Shown: positions 56,991 to 64,000 of the stretch, piece by piece
How the letters are laid out: each line of letters starts with the position of its first letter
How positions within the stretch are numbered: position 1 is the stretch's first letter
DNA from: Camelus ferus
Taxonomy: Eukaryota
DNA length: 64,000 bases
NCBI RefSeq assembly: GCF_009834535.1
Contig: NC_045697.1
Coordinates: forward strand, 69,690,001 to 69,754,000
Direction of reading: 5' to 3'
Notes under the pieces: generated by a model
What the model was told of the DNA's origin: nothing
The model's input: only the letters and a program-made list of their open reading frames with translations
Databases searched by the model: none
Program-made: the position numbers and the translations under genes

Positions 56991-59568
56991 TTTGGAGATT
57001 TTTTGTTTGTTTTTTCTTCTTTTATTGCAAAATATAAGATAAGAGAAAAGGTCGTTAAACCTATGAGGTAAGTTAACAAACAATTAATAAAGTAAAGGAT
57101 ATTGCCAGGGCCCCAGAATCCCTCCTTTACCCACCTTCTCTTTCACAACCCTAATAATAATTTCCGTGCATTTCTTTATGATTTATGCTTCTCTACACAA
57201 TACAGTTTAGTTTTACTGATTAAAAACTTTATATGAATGGAGTCATAGCGTATGTATGCTTTCATGTCTTTTTTCCTCTCAACTCTGTGTTTGTGAGATT
57301 CATCCACTTGCCTGTAACCATACTTTGTTTATTTTTATTACAGTAGAGTATTCCATTGGTATGCATTGACTACAATTTTTCATCCAGTTCATGTTTTGTT
57401 TGTGATAAATCAGAACTACATAAAAATTCCTCCCGTGTATCCTGCTGGACAAGTGCTTGAGTTTCTTTAGAGAATATTCAGGACTTCTATGCAGCCAATA
57501 CACACTATTAAGGTGATGCCAACTGTTAAAATATTGGAGTAATTTTGATCCTGTTGGTAAAAAGCCATTGCGCTAAATCCCTAAGTTTCCCTTCAACTCT
57601 GTTGCAGCCTTAGGGAGGCCTGTTAAGTCACTGTTGAGAGATACTTTCATGCCCCTCTGGGTTTGTGAGCCTGTCTCTCAATCTCCAATGTTTTGTGGTC
57701 TCTAGGTGAATAAATACCATTTTTTCAGCAGAGTTGCAGAATACAGCAACAAAAAGGGAATGAAAGTGACTGGAGAATAAAAGAGCAGAAATACGTAGTA
57801 CTAGTACCAATTCAGAGTAGTCTTTGGGCCCTGGTAGGCAAATATCTAGTGCCTATCTGACCTCCTGGGACTGTGACCACCAGTACTGTGGGCCAGAGCT
57901 CCCCTGGAGTCATGCTTGCGTGGCTGTTTGTGGGAAATGGAGTGTCCCATATCTGTTGTTAAATATTTTGACTAGGAGGGAAATTGATCAGTCTTCAAAT
58001 CTGATAGACAAGGTCAGAGTTTTATAAAGTGGTTGCACCTAGCAACAACAAAGTATGAGATTTCCCATTGCTCCACATTCTTGCCTATACTTGGAATTGC
58101 CAGACATAAAAATTTTTGATAATCTGTTGGTATGTAATGCTATGTAATTGTGTTTTTAATTTATATTTCTCTGATTATTAATGAGGATAAGCATCAGTGA
58201 TGTACTGGAGCCCGCTCATACAGATTTTTGTTCTCTTATTCTACTAACTACTGAGAGATGTTTAAAAATTATTACTATGGATTTTTTTCATTTGTTATAG
58301 TTTTTTTCTTTTTTCTTTATATATTTTGAGTCTCAATATTAGTGCATCCAAATGTTCTGTGTTATATGTTTTCAATGTTTAACAACATATTTTTTCCATC
58401 TTTATCAGTATGTTTTCTTTATATCATTTCTTTTAATGTTCCCATAGTATTCCACTGACTCCTCCAGATTTTAATATTTTATTATTGGACATTTAAGTTG
58501 TTCTGTTATACTTTTTAGAAGTATAATTTATACTCTTTGCTTCCACTTTCTCACTACCCATATTTCACTTCTTGTCTGGTTTCCATCTCTATCTTTTAAC
58601 TGAAACTTTTTTTGAAAGTTGTTTGTAGCCTCATTTTGAAAAAAATGACCTTTAAAAAATTCTTATCTAGCATTTAATTTTTTCTAGACTTTCTTACCAT
58701 ATTTTTATGATTTCTTTCCTTTTAATCCAAACTTTAGATAGGAGTTTCCATCTGCTCTTGGATGTTTCTATTTTTATAGTGTTCATGTTCACGAAACAGT
58801 TTTGTCTTCTTTCACAACTCAGACTCCTTTCTCAGACTTTCCTGTTTTGACACTAGCCTCTCCATTCTTTTTCTTACTGTTCTGAAACCTCCCTTGACCT
58901 TGCTTTCTGCATTGTTTACAAGCTCTGTGTATCCTACCTGCCATGTGTCTTTTGTTTCCTTCTTCCTGTATTTATTACCACACAGTAGATAAGTGTAATA
59001 AGTTTCTTACTACTTCTTGCATGCACTATCATCATAGCCCTTTTACTGATTTTCTTATTTGCAGATCTCCCTCTGCCAGTCCATGTTTCAAAATGTTGTT
59101 AGATTATTATTCTTAACAGTTTTTATTGTATCATTCTCTTAGTCTAAAACCATCAAGAACTCTAATTCCTACTGAACACTCACCCTGATATTCAAGACCA
59201 TTTACTACAGCCCAACCTGTATTTCAAACCTTATCTTCCAGGTTTCCCTATTTGTAGTCTTGTCTCAACCCCAGATAGACCTTTTTCCAATGCACCGTGT
59301 GCCTTCCTGCCTGCATACTTTTATTTAAACTGTTTCCCCAGATTAGAACACCTACTGCTGCCATTTCTGCCTACTAAACAAACATATTCTTAAGGTCTAT
59401 TTCTTAATATCTATCTTACCTTTTCCACCCCTTCTATTTAAGTGTGATCTTCTCCCTCTTGGAATTACTACAACACTCATTGTATTTACAACTCTTTACT
59501 GCTCACACATAGATAGCTACATGAAGCAAAACTTATTCTGTCTCATATTCTATTATTTGTGTCCTTTT

Positions 59569-62500
59569 AAAAAAAACACCTTTATTGTGGTATGATTTCT
59601 GTACAGTAAACTACACATATTTCATCTGTACAATTTGATGAATTTTGATAGACATATACACCAATGATACCACCACCACAATCAAGATAGCTAACATTTC
59701 CGTCACTCCCCAAGAAGTGCAAATTTTGAATTCCCAATTTATCCTTTCCCACCTTCTTTACCCACTGGTGACCATAGGTTTGTTCTCTATGTCTGGGAAT
59801 CTGTTTCTATTTTGTAGGTAAGTTCATTCGTGTCCTTTTTTTTTTTAGATTCCATATATAAGTGATATCATGTGGTTTTTTTCTTTCTCTTTCTGACTTA
59901 CTTCACTTAGAGTAACAATCTCCAGGTCCATCCATATTGGTGCAAATGGCATTATTTTATTCTTTTTTATGGCTGAGGTATATTCCATTGTATACATATA
60001 CCACAATTTCTTTATCCAGTCATCTGTTGATGAACATTTAGGTTGTTTCTGTGTCTTGGCTATTGTATATAGTGCTGCTATGAAAATTGGGGTTGCATAT
60101 ATATTTTTGAATTTAGTGCTTGGTATGATTTCAATTTTCTTAAATTTACTGAGGCTTACTTTGATTCTGGAGAATGTTTTGTGTGCACTTGAGAAGAGTG
60201 TGTATTCTATTGCTTTTGGATGGAATGCTCTGTAGATATCAATTAAGTCCATTTGGTCTAATATGTCACTTAGGACCTGGATTTTCTTATTGATTTTCTG
60301 TCTGGATGATCTGTCCATTGATGTAAGTGGGGTGTTAAGTTCCCCCACTATTATTGTGCTATTGTGATTTCTCCTTTTATGTCTGTTTACAATTGCCTTA
60401 TATATTGAGGTGTTCCTATGTTGGGTCCATATATATTTACAATTGTTACATCTTCTTCTTGGATTGATCCATTGAGCATTATGTAGTGTCCTTTGTCGCT
60501 GTTATCTGTTTTGTCTGATATAAGTATTGTTACTCCAGCTTTCTTTTGGTTTCTGTTTGCATGGAATATTTTTTCCCATCCCCTCACTTTCAGTCTGCAT
60601 GTGTCCCTGGGTCTGAGGTGGGTCTCTTGTAGACAGCATATATATGGATCTTGTTTTTGTATTCGTTCAGCTGATATATGTCTTTTGGTTGGAGGGTTTA
60701 ATCCATTTACATTTAAGGTAATTATTGATACGTATATTCTTATTGCCATTTTGTTAATTGTTTTGGGTTTGTTTTATAGTTCTTTTTTTTTTTTTTCTCT
60801 TTTGTCTTTTTGTTCTCTTTTCTTGGGGTTTGATGACTAGAGAAGTTCATTTAACGTTTGTTGTAAAGCAAGTTTGGTGGTGCTGAATTCTTTCAGCTTT
60901 TGTTTATCTGTGAAGATTTTGATTTCTCCATCAAATCCAAATGAGAGCCCAGCTGGATAGAGTATTCTTGGTTGTAAACTTTTCCCTTTCGTCATTTTAA
61001 ATACATAGTGCCACTCCCTTCTGGCCTATGGAGTTTCTGCTGAAAAATCAGCTGATAACTTTATGGGAGTTCCCTTGTGTGTTATTTGTTGCTTTTCTCA
61101 TGCTGATTTTAATATTTTCTCCTTATCCTTAATTTTTGTCAATTTGATTACTATGTGCCTTGGTGTGTTCCTCTTTGGGTTAATCCTGTGTGGAACTCTT
61201 TGCACTTCCTGGCTTGGGTGACTGTTTCCTTTCCCAAGTTGGGAAAGTTTTCAGTTATTATCTCTTCAAAAATTTTCTCAGGTACTCTCTCTTCTCTTTC
61301 TGGGACCCTATAACATGAATATTCACTTCATGTTATCCCAGAGTTCTCTTAAACCATCCTTATTTCTTTTCATTCTTTTTTCTTTTTTCTGTTCTGCAGT
61401 AGTGATTTCCACTAATCTGTCTTCTAGCTCACTGATCCGTTCTTCTACCTAATTTAGTCTATTCTTGGTTCCTTCTAGTCTGTTATTCACTTCAGTAATT
61501 TTATTCTTCAACTGTTTGGGTATTCTTTATATTTTCTAATTCTTTGCTAAAAATTTTCCTCTGTGTATCTATACTCCTCCTGAGTTCTCTGAACATCTTC
61601 ACCATCATTATTCTAAATGCCTTCTCAGATAGATTGCCTATCTCCTCATTGCTTATTTCTTCTTCTGGGATTTTATCTCGTGCCTTGGCCTGGAAGATAC
61701 TCCTCTGCCACCTCATATTGTCTAGCATTCTGTTTGTATTTTTAGGTAGGTTAGTTCTCAACCTTGCAGAAGTGGCCCTCTATGGGAGACATCCTATGTG
61801 TCCCAGTAGTAAACATCTCTCTTGTCCTCCAAGGGCCAGGGTCTAGCTGGTCCCAGTGTAGAGTCTGGCCTGCGTTTGTGGATTCCTTCCACAAGCTTTG
61901 GGATTGTTGTTTTCTTATTTCTGATATCTTCCCCCTGGTGGATGAAGCTGGACTAGAGACTTATGCAGGTTTCCTGGCAAGAGGAGCCAATGCCTGCCCA
62001 CTGCTGAATGGAGCTTAGTCCTGGCCCTCTGGTGGATGGGGTTGTGCCTAGAGGTGGCTGTGGACTGAGGAAGTCTGCTGATGGGTGGGACTGTGTTCCC
62101 ACCCAGTATGTTGTTTGGCCTGAGGCTTCCCAGCCCTTAAGCCTACAGGCTGTTGGGTGGGGCTAGGTCTTGGTGCTAATGATCCAATCAAGATGTCAGC
62201 CTCCAGGAAAGCCCATGTAGTTGAACACTCCCTGAATGTCTGCTACCAGTTTTTATGTCACCAAGGTGAACCACAGCCATCCCCTACCTCCCCAGGAAAA
62301 CTTCCAAAACCAGCAGGCAGGTCTGGTCCAAGTTCCTATGAAGTCACTGCCTCTACCCTTGGACCTGGAGCACATGAGATTCTGTGTGCACTTCCCAAGA
62401 GATTGAAGTCTGTTTCCCCAAGTCCCGTGGGGCTCCTGGAGTTAAGGCCCACTGACCTTCAAAACCAGGTGTTATGGAGACTCCTCCTCCCAATGCTAGA

Positions 62501-62811
62501 ACCCTGGGCTGGGGAGCCTGACTTGGGGCTCAGAACTCTCACACTTGTGGGAGGGCCTCTGTGATTTAATTATTTTTCAGCTTGTGGGTCACCTACTTGT
62601 GGGGTATGGGGCCTGAATATATTGTGAGCATGCCCCTCCTACCATCCTGCTGAAGTTCCCTCTATGTTTCCAGTTGAAGAGGATGTTTTTTGCTACGTTC
62701 CAGTTTTTTTTTTTTTTTTTGATGGTTTTTTAGTAGTCAGTTGTGGTTTTGTTGTAATCATGAGGAAAGATGAGCTTGTGGTCCTATGACTCTGCTGTCC
62801 TCTATTTGTCC
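59569..62811 (-). mobile_element. Internally deleted L1 with a 5'UTR, ORF1 remnant and EN fused to the ORF2 C-terminus (no RT)
   Basis: ORF track 61501-61761 (ORF1-like), 60387-60749 (SIITLNVNGLN..ICCLQETH), 59845-60348 (EN joined to IFIAALYTIAK..WYMYTMEY); 15-bp TSD tatttgtgtcctttt at 59554-59568 and 62812-62826. Confidence 0.92.
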
Positions 62812-63744
62812 TATTTGTGTCCTTTTTTGACACCCTGCTTCCACCTCCAGCCTCCTTAGCTATAATAATTATATTTTATATCCTGCAGAGAGTACTTCAC
62901 AGTCCTGAAAGATACTAAGTGCTTAATAAATGCTGATCAAATTGAGTATTTACCTTGGAAACACAATCGAGATTAACACAATTCTCTAAATACTTGGTAT
63001 CTGCCTTCTTTCTGACTTTCTTTTTGTGCTGTACTTTGAATGAGCTTCTTTCAAGATAGGGACTGGCTTTTATTTTCTGTGAACATCAGAGAACCTGCTA
63101 AGAAGTATTTTGAGAGGAAGCTGGAGAAGAGATTTCAGAATGGTAAATCCCTGGGCTTTTGGATGTGAGGGTGTCTTCTAATGCTAAAAATAATATCATG
63201 GATTCTTTCCATGAGAATGGCTTTACCTTTTTTGACTGTTGATATTCAGGCTTGTAGTTGTTCTGAAAATTCCCAATGGTATAAATGTTTAAAAGTATAA
63301 TTTCCCTCCTATTACATTAGTATATATAGTAATTTTTAATAATAATTCATTAATCTCAAGATAAATGCCTAAATAACATATTTGGGATCCATAATATTTC
63401 AAACTGAATTGATTGTGTTTCTGCACAAACTAGATCTTATTTCTGACTACACTTACTTTATTTCCTATATCTAATTACACATTTCTTTGATTTGAAAGTG
63501 CTGTTTTTTACAAGTTAAAATCTCTGATATCAGTTGCTTCTTACTGTCAATGGGATATCATAGTTAATTGGCAGTATTTTTCTTTCTTAGTGGTATATAA
63601 AATTATGGTGCATCTTTAAACTGATGGTGCCTTAGCTCTGATGAGATATGTTAGTTGTAAATACATGTAGATTGTAATTCCTTAACATTTCACCCATTTG
63701 TCTACCATTGCAGTTCATTTCTTCACTCTTTCTTTTTTGTTTGT

Positions 63745-64000
63745 TTTTTAAAAAATTGAGATAAATTCACCTAACATAAAATTTACTATTTTAATCATTT
63801 TAAAGTATAAAATTTAGTGATTGCTGAATATAGTCACAATATTATGCAATTTCACCAATACTAATTCCAGAATATTTCCATCATCCCAAAAAGAAACCCC
63901 ATACTTCCCAATTTCTTCCTTTGCCTATCTTCTGGCAACCGCTAATCTACTTTCCATCTCTATGGATTTGCATACCCTGGAATTTTATTTAAATGGGATC
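63745..64000 (-). mobile_element. Old L1MA/MB 3' end, running off the window
   Basis: ttgagataaattcacctaacataaaattt...aattccagaatatttccatcatccc...ggcaaccgctaatctacttt. Confidence 0.75.

Overview
Mammalian genomic DNA, almost certainly camelid (tRNA-derived Vic-1-like SINEs, artiodactyl-type L1s), at the METAP1-ADH5-ADH4 end of the alcohol dehydrogenase cluster. It holds the last two coding exons and 3'UTR of METAP1 (+), a complete 9-exon ADH5 (-, 374 aa) and a complete 9-exon ADH4 (-, 380 aa), all with GT-AG junctions and consistent phases. The most notable element is a ~3.7 kb processed DNMT1 pseudogene in ADH4 intron 8 that does not look like a copy of the ordinary somatic mRNA. It has an unknown 80-nt leader in place of somatic exon 1 and an extra in-frame 39-nt (13 aa) cassette at an exon junction. 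It also runs off at a splice donor into ~560 nt of intron-like sequence before the methyltransferase domain. I infer it is a fossil of an oocyte/early-embryo DNMT1 isoform lacking the catalytic domain. Other points are a TSD-flanked RT-less chimeric L1, an inverted duplicate of the ADH4 proximal promoter, and a METAP1 stop two codons early. Family names and orthologue comparisons are from memory and were not checked by database search.
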